DNA from: a virus
Direction: 5' to 3' (one strand)
Virus record (IMG/VR): IMGVR_UViG_3300030104_004631
Coordinates: 24,153 to 88,152 of that record
Length of the DNA stretch: 64,000 bases
A program made the position numbers and the translations under genes. This document shows, piece by piece, positions 41,376-49,698 of this stretch. Each line of letters starts with the position of its first letter. Positions within the stretch are counted from its first letter, which is position 1. Below the pieces are notes generated by a model, which was not told where the DNA came from, made no database searches, and worked only from the letters and a program-made list of their open reading frames with translations.

Positions 41376-41509
41376 TGAAAATAAAACCTCTTAAACATTG
41401 CAGGTTATCCCAGATGAAATTCTTCTACTGGGATCCTAAAGATGATCCAAGAGAACCAGAATATTGGGAGACCCGCAATGGGTCTCCTTTTTTTTGTCTG
41501 AAAATATGA
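41375..41509 (+). CDS. Small hypothetical protein (44 aa, not in ORF track)
   Basis: TAATG-coupled to gp18; MKIKPLKHCRLSQMKFFYWDPKDDPREPEYWETRNGSPFFCLKI; runs through the terminator. Confidence 0.4.
   Translation: MKIKPLKHCRLSQMKFFYWDPKDDPREPEYWETRNGSPFFCLKI
41467..41495 (+). terminator. Rho-independent terminator
   Basis: GGAGACCC-GCAAT-GGGTCTCC followed by T8. Confidence 0.85.
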
Positions 41510-41551
41510 ATTATTCTAAATATTACTGAAAGAGAAATCATCTAAAAAACC

Positions 41552-42142
41552 ATGGCAAAAAGAGGCACCATTGACGATTTTAAAGCAAACGTCGCTTCAG
41601 ACTTTGCTCGTCCTAATTTATTTCAGGTAGACCTTGCATTCCCTTCAGGAATTATTAATAATGCAAGTCTTGTAAATCTTGGAAAATTTACTGTTCGTGC
41701 AGCAAATCTTCCTTCTTCTCAGATTGGAGTTATTGAAGTTCCTTTCAGAGGTCGTGTTTTAAAGATTGCAGGAGACAGGACATTCGAACCTTGGACAATT
41801 ACAATTCAAAACGACAGTGGATTTGCTCTTCGCAATGCATTTGAACTTTGGACATCTGCCATTCAATCATATAACGAGAACTTTACATCTGCTGCTGGTC
41901 TTGGTGATCAGGATGATAGTAGTGGTTACTTTGCTGATATGAGTGTTCATCAGTTAGCACGTGATGTTAAAGATGGTGAGAAACCTAAAGTACTTAAGTC
42001 TTATAAGTTCTATAATGTCTTCCCAAGTAACATCGCTGCAATTGATCTAGATTTTGGTAACAATGATGCGATTGAAGAATTCACAGTTGAACTTCAAACT
42101 CAATACTGGACTCCTATAACTCCTACCAGTGCTACTTCATAG
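41552..42142 (+). CDS. gp19: Tail tube protein gp19
   Basis: ARPNLFQV; VPFRGR.LKIAGDRTF.PWTIT; FPSNI.AIDL....NDAIEEF.VE. Confidence 0.96.
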   Translation: MAKRGTIDDFKANVASDFARPNLFQVDLAFPSGIINNASLVNLGKFTVRAANLPSSQIGVIEVPFRGRVLKIAGDRTFEPWTITIQNDSGFALRNAFELWTSAIQSYNENFTSAAGLGDQDDSSGYFADMSVHQLARDVKDGEKPKVLKSYKFYNVFPSNIAAIDLDFGNNDAIEEFTVELQTQYWTPITPTSATS

Positions 42143-42182
42143 GACTGATAAATAGATCAGGACCAATTTAATCTAGAATATA

Positions 42183-43796
42183 ATGGCAAATCAGCTCTTC
42201 GGATATAGTCTTGAAAGAGCGAAGAAGGTTCCTAAGGGACCTTCTTTTGTTCAAAAAGATAACATGGATGGTTCGCAACCTGTAGTAGGTGGCGGGTACT
42301 ATGGTTATTCTGTTGATTTTGACGGAACTATCCGTAATGATTTCGAACTTATCACCCGATATAGGGAGATGGTGATGAATCCTGAGTGTGATAGTGCAGT
42401 TGATGATATTGTTAACGAAACAATTTGTGGAAATTTTGATGATGTACCAGTTGAGTTGGAACTTTCCAACCTAAAGGTTTCGGATAAAATTAAAAAATTA
42501 ATGCGAGAGGAGTTTGACGAAGTTCTACGTCTCCTTGATTTTGAAAATCGTTCGTATGAAATCTTCCGTAGATGGTATGTTGATGGAAGACTTTTTTATC
42601 ATAAAGTAATTGACCCTAAGAAACCTGAAGATGGTCTTTGTGAACTTCGCTATATCGATCCTCGTAAGATTCGCAAGGTAACTGAGTATGATAATAAACG
42701 TCCAGAGCAACTGCGTGATCAAGATCTTAATGCTCAACTAACACAAAAAAGTGCAGACTATTTTCTTTACAACCCTAAGGGTTTGAAGAACTCTACTAAT
42801 CAGGGTATGAAGATTACTGCTGATTCTATTACATATTGTCATTCTGGTGTTCAAGACCTTAATAAGAATATGACTCTTAGTCACCTGCATAAGGCGATTA
42901 AAGCAGTTAATCAACTTAGAATGATTGAAGACTCTCTTGTTATCTACAGATTATCAAGAGCACCAGAAAGAAGAATTTTTTATATTGATGTAGGTAACCT
43001 TCCTAAGAATAAAGCGGAACAATATCTACGTGAAGTAATGGGTCGTTACAGAAACAAAATTGTATACGATTCAAATACTGGTGAGATTAAGGATGACAAG
43101 AAGTTCATGTCCATGATGGAAGACTTCTGGTTACCTAGGAGAGAAGGTGGTAGAGGTACTGAAATTACTACATTACCTGGTGGACAAAACTTAGGTGAGT
43201 TAGAAGATGTTAAGTACTTCCAAAAGAAACTATACAAATCACTGAACGTTCCTAACTCAAGATTAGAGACAGAAACGACTTTTAATATTGGTCGTGCAGC
43301 AGAGATAACACGTGACGAAGTTAAGTTCCAGAAATTTATTGCACGTCTCCGTAAGAGATTTTCAGAACTCTTTATGGATCTTCTGAAAGCTCAAATTGTT
43401 CTTAAGGGTATTATAACTCTTGAAGAATGGGATGAGATGAAGACCCATATTCAATTTGATTTTGTTGCTGACAATTACTTCTCAGAACTTAAGGATATTG
43501 AGATCCGTAATGAGCGTATGAATCAAGTTAATGTTATGGATCCTTATGTTGGCAAATATTTCTCTGTTGAATATATGCGTCGTGAAGTTCTGAAACAGAC
43601 TGATCAAGAAATTATAGAAATTGACAAACAAATTGAAGAAGAAATGGAGGCGGGAATTATACAAGATCCTGCTGAATTAGCTGCAATGGAAGCAGGAGTT
43701 GATCCTGCCGCTGGTGGCAATGGTGCCCCTGCAGCAGAGGTAGCACCCAATGAATCTTCAATCGATCCTGCGGATCAAAAGCGGGGAGAATTCTAA
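42183..43796 (+). CDS. gp20: Portal vertex protein gp20
   Basis: RRWYVDGR; YRLSRAPERRIFYIDVGNLP; EDFWLPRREGGRGTEI; late promoter-like GATAAATA at 42147. Confidence 0.97.
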   Translation: MANQLFGYSLERAKKVPKGPSFVQKDNMDGSQPVVGGGYYGYSVDFDGTIRNDFELITRYREMVMNPECDSAVDDIVNETICGNFDDVPVELELSNLKVSDKIKKLMREEFDEVLRLLDFENRSYEIFRRWYVDGRLFYHKVIDPKKPEDGLCELRYIDPRKIRKVTEYDNKRPEQLRDQDLNAQLTQKSADYFLYNPKGLKNSTNQGMKITADSITYCHSGVQDLNKNMTLSHLHKAIKAVNQLRMIEDSLVIYRLSRAPERRIFYIDVGNLPKNKAEQYLREVMGRYRNKIVYDSNTGEIKDDKKFMSMMEDFWLPRREGGRGTEITTLPGGQNLGELEDVKYFQKKLYKSLNVPNSRLETETTFNIGRAAEITRDEVKFQKFIARLRKRFSELFMDLLKAQIVLKGIITLEEWDEMKTHIQFDFVADNYFSELKDIEIRNERMNQVNVMDPYVGKYFSVEYMRREVLKQTDQEIIEIDKQIEEEMEAGIIQDPAELAAMEAGVDPAAGGNGAPAAEVAPNESSIDPADQKRGEF

Positions 43797-43829
43797 ACTT
43801 ACTAAATAATACTACAGTGGGAACATATT

Positions 43830-44186
43830 ATGCCTAGTGATATTGCTAAACAAATCGTCCAACAAGTTTTTGGCGATAATAAAGCAGCTGCCGTTGATTC
43901 AATCAATGATGCTATTGCTGCTACAACATACGATGCAATTCAAGCAAGAAAAGTTGAATTTGCAAAAGCGATGGGTTTTGAGTTAGATGATACTGCTCAA
44001 GATGCTGCTGATGATATAGAGAAATCTATTGATGGAGTTGGTGATGCTGAAGTTACGGATGTTGATACCTCTGGTGTCAGACTTCCTTCAGATCCAGATC
44101 CTAATGAAGTAGAACAACCTACTGCTGAAACACCCACCGAGGAACCTGAAACCACAGAGGAACCAAAAGATGAGACTGATAGCTGA
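43830..44186 (+). CDS. Prohead core protein-like (gp67/68 position)
   Basis: Acidic 118 aa ORF between gp20 and gp21; CTAAATA upstream. Confidence 0.6.
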   Translation: MPSDIAKQIVQQVFGDNKAAAVDSINDAIAATTYDAIQARKVEFAKAMGFELDDTAQDAADDIEKSIDGVGDAEVTDVDTSGVRLPSDPDPNEVEQPTAETPTEEPETTEEPKDETDS

Positions 44187-44814
44187 AGAACTTACAGACG
44201 TTCAATTTTTAACCGAAGAGAAGGAAGGTAAGAAAAATTACTTCATTGAAGGTATATTTTTGCAAGCGGAATTAAAAAACCGTAATGGCAGAATGTATCC
44301 TCAGAAGACATTAGCACGTGAAGTTGCTAAATATGATGAGTCTTATATCAAATCTGGTCGTGCTCTTGGTGAATTAGGTCACCCTGACGGACCTTCTATT
44401 AATTTAGATAGGGTTTCACATAAGATACAATCTTTGAAAGAAGATGGAAATAACTTCATCGGTAGAGCAAAGATACTTGATACACCAAACGGAAAAATTG
44501 CAAAGTCTTTACTCGATGAGGGTGTAAGACTCGGAGTTTCTTCCAGAGGTATGGGATCAATCAAGAAGGAATCAAACTGCAATGTTGTATGTGATGATTT
44601 CATGCTTGCCACTGCTGCTGATATTGTAGCAGATCCTTCTGCACCTGATGCTTTCGTAAATGGAATCATGGAAGGTAAAGAATGGGTTTGGAATAATGGT
44701 GTACTTAAAGAGTCTGCTGTTGCCCAAATCAAACAAGAAATTGATGAAGCAACTCTTATTAATCTGCAGGAGAAGAAAATCTCCGCATTTGCAGCATTTT
44801 TAAAGAGTTTGTGA
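44170..44814 (+). CDS. gp21: Prohead protease gp21
   Basis: NRNGR.YP; ALGELGHP; GVSSRGMGS; D.VADPSAPDA. Confidence 0.96.
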   Translation: MRLIAEELTDVQFLTEEKEGKKNYFIEGIFLQAELKNRNGRMYPQKTLAREVAKYDESYIKSGRALGELGHPDGPSINLDRVSHKIQSLKEDGNNFIGRAKILDTPNGKIAKSLLDEGVRLGVSSRGMGSIKKESNCNVVCDDFMLATAADIVADPSAPDAFVNGIMEGKEWVWNNGVLKESAVAQIKQEIDEATLINLQEKKISAFAAFLKSL

Positions 44815-44816
44815 TT

Positions 44817-44824
44817 TATAAATA
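44817..44824 (+). promoter_or_regulatory. Late promoter TATAAATA
   Basis: Exact match upstream of gp22. Confidence 0.75.
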
Positions 44825-44862
44825 AATAAAGATAACGCTAAAGCATACACGGAGTTCAAACA

Positions 44863-45894
44863 ATGGCTGAGACCTCACTCGATAAAGAGTTAGATAATAT
44901 GGATCAAGTGACCGAAGGTTCTAACGCAGTTACTAAAGATGCTAAACCCGCTGAGAAGATCGATACTTCTAAAGGTGGAGCAAAGAAAGTAATTAACGTC
45001 ACCTCGGATTCCTTGGAAGGTGCCGCTGGCACAAAGAATGCAGGAGCATCTGCTGCTGCGTCAGTAGGTAAAGCACCTGTTCCTTCCACAAAACCAAGTG
45101 ATGCATCCGCAAAACAAGAGGAGGTAGAGACCGATGACAGCGAAAAGGAAACAATCGCTGAAACCGACATCGACTTTACTGAGGATGTTGACGCTCTTGT
45201 CGCTGGTGAAGACCTCTCAGAAGAGTTCCGAGTAAAAGCAGCAACAATCTTTGAAGCAGCTGTAACCAGCCGTGTTAACAAAGAAGCAGCAGCGTTGCAA
45301 GAGGCATTTGAATCTGCCCTAACTGAAGAAGTTGAAAAGATTCAAACAGATTTGGCCGAGAAGGTAGACGATTATCTCTCTTATGCCGCCGATACATGGA
45401 TGAAGGAAAATTCCCTTCAGATCGAGCATGGCATTAAGACCGAGATGGCAGAATCGTTCTTCACTGGTCTAAAAGGTCTCTTCTTAGAGCACAACTTTAC
45501 TGTGCCTGAGGAGAAATTCAACCTGCTTGATGGTATGGCAGGTGAGTTAGATGATATGGAAGCTAAACTCAACGAGCAAATCGACTCTAATGTATCTTTA
45601 AATAAGAGAATTGGGGAGTTTGTTAAAATGGAAATTGTGAACGAATGTGCAGTGGGACTCGCTGAGACCCAAAAGGAGAAGCTTGCTTCTCTCGCAGAGG
45701 GTGTTGAGTTTGAAACTGAAGATGATTTTAGAAATAAAGTCAATACGATCAAGGAATCATATTTCACTAGGAAGGCTGAGGTTACTGAAAAAGTGACTGA
45801 ACCCACCGAAGAAAGTTCTGAACCCCTTGTCGAAAGTACAACAAGTGGCACTATGTCTAAGTACGTAGATGCAATCGCTCGTTGGTCCAAATAA
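44863..45894 (+). CDS. gp22: Prohead scaffold protein gp22
   Basis: LSEEF..KAATIFEAAV; KVDDYL.Y....WM.EN; KESYF. Confidence 0.93.
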   Translation: MAETSLDKELDNMDQVTEGSNAVTKDAKPAEKIDTSKGGAKKVINVTSDSLEGAAGTKNAGASAAASVGKAPVPSTKPSDASAKQEEVETDDSEKETIAETDIDFTEDVDALVAGEDLSEEFRVKAATIFEAAVTSRVNKEAAALQEAFESALTEEVEKIQTDLAEKVDDYLSYAADTWMKENSLQIEHGIKTEMAESFFTGLKGLFLEHNFTVPEEKFNLLDGMAGELDDMEAKLNEQIDSNVSLNKRIGEFVKMEIVNECAVGLAETQKEKLASLAEGVEFETEDDFRNKVNTIKESYFTRKAEVTEKVTEPTEESSEPLVESTTSGTMSKYVDAIARWSK

Positions 45895-45925
45895 TTAATA
45901 ATTAAAACTACTTTTAAAGAGACAA

Positions 45926-47314
45926 ATGTCTATTAAACAACTCCAAGAAAAGTGGGCACCCGTTCTGAATCACGAAGCTCTTGACGAGATTAAGGATTCA
46001 CATAAGCGTGGCGTAGTCGCACAACTTCTTGAAAACCAAGAAAAAGCACAGATCGAAGAAGGACAAGTCCTTAATGAGACTCTGCAAACAACAGGTTATA
46101 CCAATGCAAACACAGCTACTGGCGGTGTTGCAGGTTTTGACCCAGTATTGATCAGTCTAATTAGACGTTCAATGCCACAACTAATTGCATATGATATCGC
46201 TGGCGTTCAGCCAATGACTGGTCCTACTGGACTTATCTTTGCGATGAGAACTAACTACGGTTCAGAGCGTAGACCTGCGAACAGTGACTTCAGAGAAGCA
46301 ATGTTCAACGAGCCTAACGCTGGTTTCTCTGGTGGAAAGGGCACAGGATTATCAAACTACGATCCTACTGCTTCTTCTTCTGGTGTTAACGACGCTGAAG
46401 GTGCTAACCCAGGACTTCTTAACGATTCACCTGCTGGTACTTACGAAAGGACTGGTGATGCTACTGGTATGACAACCGCTACGGTTGAAGCACTAGATGA
46501 TTCATCAGCGAACAACGAATTCCGTGAAATGGGATTCGCCATTGAGAAGGTAACTGTAACAGCCAGAGCACGTGCTCTAAAAGCTGAGTACAGCATTGAG
46601 CTTGCTCAGGACTTGAAAGCGATTCATGGTCTTGATGCCGAGCAAGAGCTAAGCAACATTCTCTCAACAGAGATCCTTGCTGAAATCAACAGAGAAGTTG
46701 TTAGAACTATCTACACAAACGCTGTTGCTGGTGCTCAGAACAATACTGCTACTGCTGGTATCTTCGACCTTGACGTTGACTCTAATGGTAGGTGGTCAGT
46801 TGAGAAATTCAAAGGACTTCTTTTCCAGATAGAAAGAGATGCTAACGCTATCGGTCAGCAAACTCGTCGTGGGAAGGGCAACATCCTCATCTGCTCTGCT
46901 GATGTGGCTTCTGCTCTTGGAATGGCTGGTGTACTAGATTACACACCTGCTCTTTCTGGTAACAACGCATTAACAAATGTAGATGATACTTCTTCTACTC
47001 TAGTTGGTACTCTTAACGGTAAGATTAAGGTATACGTTGATCCTTATTCTGCTAACGTTGCTGATAAGCACTTCTACGTTGCTGGATACAAAGGTACTTC
47101 ACCTTATGATGCTGGATTATTCTATTGCCCATATGTACCTCTACAGCAGGTCAGAGCAATTAATCCTGACACCTTCCAACCAAAAATTGGATTTAAGACT
47201 CGTTACGGTATGGTTTCAAACCCATTCTCAGGTGGTCTTACCCAAGGTTCTGGTGCTCTTACAGCGAATGCTAACAAGTACTACAGACGTACACAAGTTG
47301 CTAACATCATGTAA
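45926..47314 (+). CDS. gp23: Major capsid protein gp23
   Basis: FDPVLISL.RR.MP; GVQPM.GPTGLIFAMR; ELAQDLKAIHGLDAE.EL; FQPKIGFKTRYG. Confidence 0.98.
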   Translation: MSIKQLQEKWAPVLNHEALDEIKDSHKRGVVAQLLENQEKAQIEEGQVLNETLQTTGYTNANTATGGVAGFDPVLISLIRRSMPQLIAYDIAGVQPMTGPTGLIFAMRTNYGSERRPANSDFREAMFNEPNAGFSGGKGTGLSNYDPTASSSGVNDAEGANPGLLNDSPAGTYERTGDATGMTTATVEALDDSSANNEFREMGFAIEKVTVTARARALKAEYSIELAQDLKAIHGLDAEQELSNILSTEILAEINREVVRTIYTNAVAGAQNNTATAGIFDLDVDSNGRWSVEKFKGLLFQIERDANAIGQQTRRGKGNILICSADVASALGMAGVLDYTPALSGNNALTNVDDTSSTLVGTLNGKIKVYVDPYSANVADKHFYVAGYKGTSPYDAGLFYCPYVPLQQVRAINPDTFQPKIGFKTRYGMVSNPFSGGLTQGSGALTANANKYYRRTQVANIM

Positions 47315-47340
47315 TTTGGTGTTATTAACACATAACTTTA

Positions 47341-47367
47341 AAGAGACCCTAAGGGGTCTCTTTTTTT
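47341..47367 (+). terminator. Rho-independent terminator after gp23
   Basis: AAGAGACCC-TAAG-GGGTCTCTT followed by a T run. Confidence 0.85.
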
Positions 47368-47368
47368 G

Positions 47369-47376
47369 TATAAATA
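47369..47376 (+). promoter_or_regulatory. Late promoter TATAAATA for the aaRS-like/tRNA unit
   Basis: Exact match just after the gp23 terminator, 20 nt before ATG 47397. Confidence 0.75.
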
Positions 47377-47396
47377 TCTCAGTTTGACCAATAATA

Positions 47397-48194
47397 ATGA
47401 CAAGTCTAATTGACCCAAGAAAATACTCCGATGCAGTTGACCTATTAAGGTCATTTTTTTTGTCTAAAAATTTTCTAGAAGTCCATACTCAGAATCGTTT
47501 AAGTATACTTGCTGCCTGTGAAGATCCAGAAACAGTAGCAACATATAACTACGGTGGTAATATATGGCCACTACCACAGACAGGACAGATGTGGTTAGAA
47601 CATGAATTACTTTCTAACCCCAAAGAAGAGGGGTTTTTTTGTGTCTCAACATCATACAGAGCAGAACCTAATCCAGTACCAGGCAGACATGAAACTATAT
47701 TCCCCATGTTTGAATTTGAAATGAAGGGAGGTGTTGAAGAACTTAAATTAATGGAGATAGAATTGTGCGAATGGTTAGGTCTACCATTAGACAAAGGAAA
47801 TATACAGACTTATGATGATTGGACTAATCAATTTAACACTAAAGAACTAGACCATGATCACGAAGAAAAGATTGGTCGTGGTATGATTACTGACTTCCCT
47901 GAGTGGACATCGCCTTTCTGGAACATGGCACGTAATGAAGATGGTACCAGTAAGAAGATTGATGTTATATTAAATGGTATGGAAACTATCGGTAGTGCTG
48001 AACGTAGTACTGATAAAGATCAGATGCGTGATACATTCTATACTATATCAGATGGACAGTATGCTCAACTGATTATTGATTTGTTTGGTAGAAGTAGGGT
48101 AGAAGCAGAACTTGAAAAGTTCTTATCATTTGACTTCTTCCCTAGATCTGGTGGAGGCATCGGAATGACTCGTATAATATCAGCCCTTGAATAG
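47397..48194 (+). CDS. Class IIb aminoacyl-tRNA synthetase-like protein (Asn/Asp type), catalytic domain only
   Basis: Motif 1 LRSFFLSKNFLEVHT; LPQTGQMWLE; motif 2 SYRAE...GRHETIFPMFEFE; ETIGSAER; motif 3 PRSGGGIGMTR. At 265 aa it has no N-terminal OB anticodon-binding domain. Confidence 0.85.
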   Translation: MTSLIDPRKYSDAVDLLRSFFLSKNFLEVHTQNRLSILAACEDPETVATYNYGGNIWPLPQTGQMWLEHELLSNPKEEGFFCVSTSYRAEPNPVPGRHETIFPMFEFEMKGGVEELKLMEIELCEWLGLPLDKGNIQTYDDWTNQFNTKELDHDHEEKIGRGMITDFPEWTSPFWNMARNEDGTSKKIDVILNGMETIGSAERSTDKDQMRDTFYTISDGQYAQLIIDLFGRSRVEAELEKFLSFDFFPRSGGGIGMTRIISALE

Positions 48195-48201
48195 GGCTCT
48201 T

Positions 48202-48286
48202 TGTGAGGTGGCGAAACGGTAAACGCTCTAGTCTGTTTAACTAGTGTCTCTGGCGGGACTTGTAGGTTCGACTCCTACCCTCACAG
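48202..48286 (+). tRNA. tRNA with GUU (Asn) anticodon and atypical long variable arm; CCA not encoded
   Basis: Acceptor TGTGAGG/CCTCACA + G73; D-arm GCG..CGC; anticodon stem CTAGT/ACTAG with loop CTGTTTA; variable stem GTCTC/GGGAC; T-arm GTAGG-TTCGACT-CCTAC. Confidence 0.9.
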
Positions 48287-48336
48287 TTTAAAAAAAATAT
48301 TTAGGTATATATTAGTAGGCATTTATTTTTGTTAAA

Positions 48337-48352
48337 TGTATCAGGGAATACA
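48337..48352 (+). promoter_or_regulatory. NtcA-box (TGTA-N8-TACA)
   Basis: TGTA TCAGGGAA TACA, intergenic; CATAAATA at 48364-48371 and TAATAT at 48370-48375. Confidence 0.55.
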
Positions 48353-48462
48353 GACACAATTTGCATAAATAATATCAGTCAGGGAAACCTACACACAAGA
48401 GGAACAACCAGATGCACTGAAACTTCTATACATTATGAGTAAAGTTAAAAAGGAGAACAAGT

Positions 48463-48615
48463 ATGCATAACGTCTTATCGCAAAACAACATGGCAGAATG
48501 GAATCATCACACGTCTTATCAGGACAAAATATTAGATGATTATTACGAATGTCTAATCGAATGCGAGACAGACCAACCAAGTTGTAAGCGAATCTGTAAA
48601 GAGATTCTTATTTAA
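48463..48615 (+). CDS. Small Cys-rich protein (50 aa, CxxxC-x6-CxxxC; not in ORF track)
   Basis: AGGAG RBS at 48451; MHNVLSQNNMAEWNHHTSYQDKILDDYYECLIECETDQPSCKRICKEILI; terminator follows. Confidence 0.75.
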   Translation: MHNVLSQNNMAEWNHHTSYQDKILDDYYECLIECETDQPSCKRICKEILI

Positions 48616-48633
48616 AAAAAATAAAAGATAATT

Positions 48634-48659
48634 AAAAGGACTCTTCAGAGTCCTTTTTT
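48634..48659 (+). terminator. Rho-independent terminator
   Basis: AAAAGGACTC-TTCA-GAGTCCTTTTTT. Confidence 0.85.
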
Positions 48660-48697
48660 ATTGGGTGCATAAATATTAATGGAACAAGAATAGTCTA

Positions 48698-49246
48698 ATG
48701 GCAAACTGGTACTCAGACCAATTATCAAACAGAAATTTTCTTTCTCCAATAGGTTTCTTATTCCTTTTGGATAAAGCTAACAAGGTATCTTTCTTGTGTC
48801 AAAAAGCAGAAATTCCTACTGTAGAATTAGGACAAGTTGAGATTCCAACTAGGGGTTTAGTTCCTATTCCAGTTGAAGGGAATATGCGTTACAGTGAATT
48901 TTCTATGGAGTTTATTGTTGATGAAGATTTAAGAAATTATATGCAGATCCATAACTGGATGAGAGCATTAGGAACTCCTCAAGAATTTAAGGAAAGACGA
49001 GTTTGGTTAGACAAGTATGCAGATAGTCCCTCAGAAGATCCTAGATTTTCAGATGCTACACTGCAGGTACTGAACAACAATAACATTGCAAATTTTGATG
49101 TTGTATTTAAAAGTATGTTTCCTGTGAGTTTATCATCATTACCATTTGATGTTACTGGTGGTGATAATGATTACTTTACCTCAACAGCAACATTTAGATA
49201 TACACTCTACGAAATAAGAAATAAAAACTCACAAACAAGAAGATAA
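48698..49246 (+). CDS. gp3: Tail completion / sheath stabilizer gp3
   Basis: N.NFLSP.GF; F.VDEDL.NY..IHNWM; SDATL..L; FP.SLS; late promoter CATAAATA at 48668. Confidence 0.9.
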   Translation: MANWYSDQLSNRNFLSPIGFLFLLDKANKVSFLCQKAEIPTVELGQVEIPTRGLVPIPVEGNMRYSEFSMEFIVDEDLRNYMQIHNWMRALGTPQEFKERRVWLDKYADSPSEDPRFSDATLQVLNNNNIANFDVVFKSMFPVSLSSLPFDVTGGDNDYFTSTATFRYTLYEIRNKNSQTRR

Positions 49247-49267
49247 CCTATTGATTTTTTCTATACT

Positions 49268-49696
49268 ATGAATTTAGAAACATTGCAGAACCTGTGGAAG
49301 ACTGATTCCAAACTGGATGAAGATCAGCATGATAATGATTCCTTGGCAATTCCCCAACTTCATATGAAGTATATGGAGTTTCATAATCAATATTCTCTTA
49401 TGAAAAAAGAAAGAGAAATTGAAATGAAACGTCTCATTAAAGAGAAATGGTTATACTACAAAGGTAAGGCACCATCTTCAATCTATAAGGAAATGCCATT
49501 CGATCTCAAACTTACTACTAAGGAAGAGATCTCAATGTTTATTGAAGCGGATGAAGATATCGGAAAACTTAAATATAAAATTGAATACATAGACCAAGTG
49601 GTCTTCTTTTTAGATGGCGTTTTGCGTATGATTAATAATCGTACGTACCATATTAAAAACGCTATTGAATGGAAGAAATTTCAAAGTGGTTTTTAA
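49268..49696 (+). CDS. uvsY: Recombination mediator UvsY
   Basis: IPQLH.KY; W.YY.GK; R.Y.IKNAIEW.KF..G. Confidence 0.92.
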   Translation: MNLETLQNLWKTDSKLDEDQHDNDSLAIPQLHMKYMEFHNQYSLMKKEREIEMKRLIKEKWLYYKGKAPSSIYKEMPFDLKLTTKEEISMFIEADEDIGKLKYKIEYIDQVVFFLDGVLRMINNRTYHIKNAIEWKKFQSGF

Positions 49697-49698
49697 TA

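Noticed and set aside
37408-47314. Introns, inteins or homing endonucleases in gp17-gp23
   Set aside because: Genes are uninterrupted and of normal length; no intein or HNH/GIY-YIG motifs seen.
47397-48194. Calling the gene a canonical asnS or epmA
   Set aside because: It lacks the anticodon-binding domain needed for asnS, and motifs alone cannot establish EpmA specificity; left unnamed.
48233-48239. tRNA read as an ochre suppressor (TTA) or Lys (TTT), or genome recoding
   Set aside because: The 5-bp stem fixes a 7-nt loop centred on GTT. TAA, TAG and TGA all terminate conserved genes normally.
48372-48462. Glutamine (glnA) or c-di-GMP riboswitch
   Set aside because: Could not match their consensus cores by eye; kept only as an unassigned structured leader.
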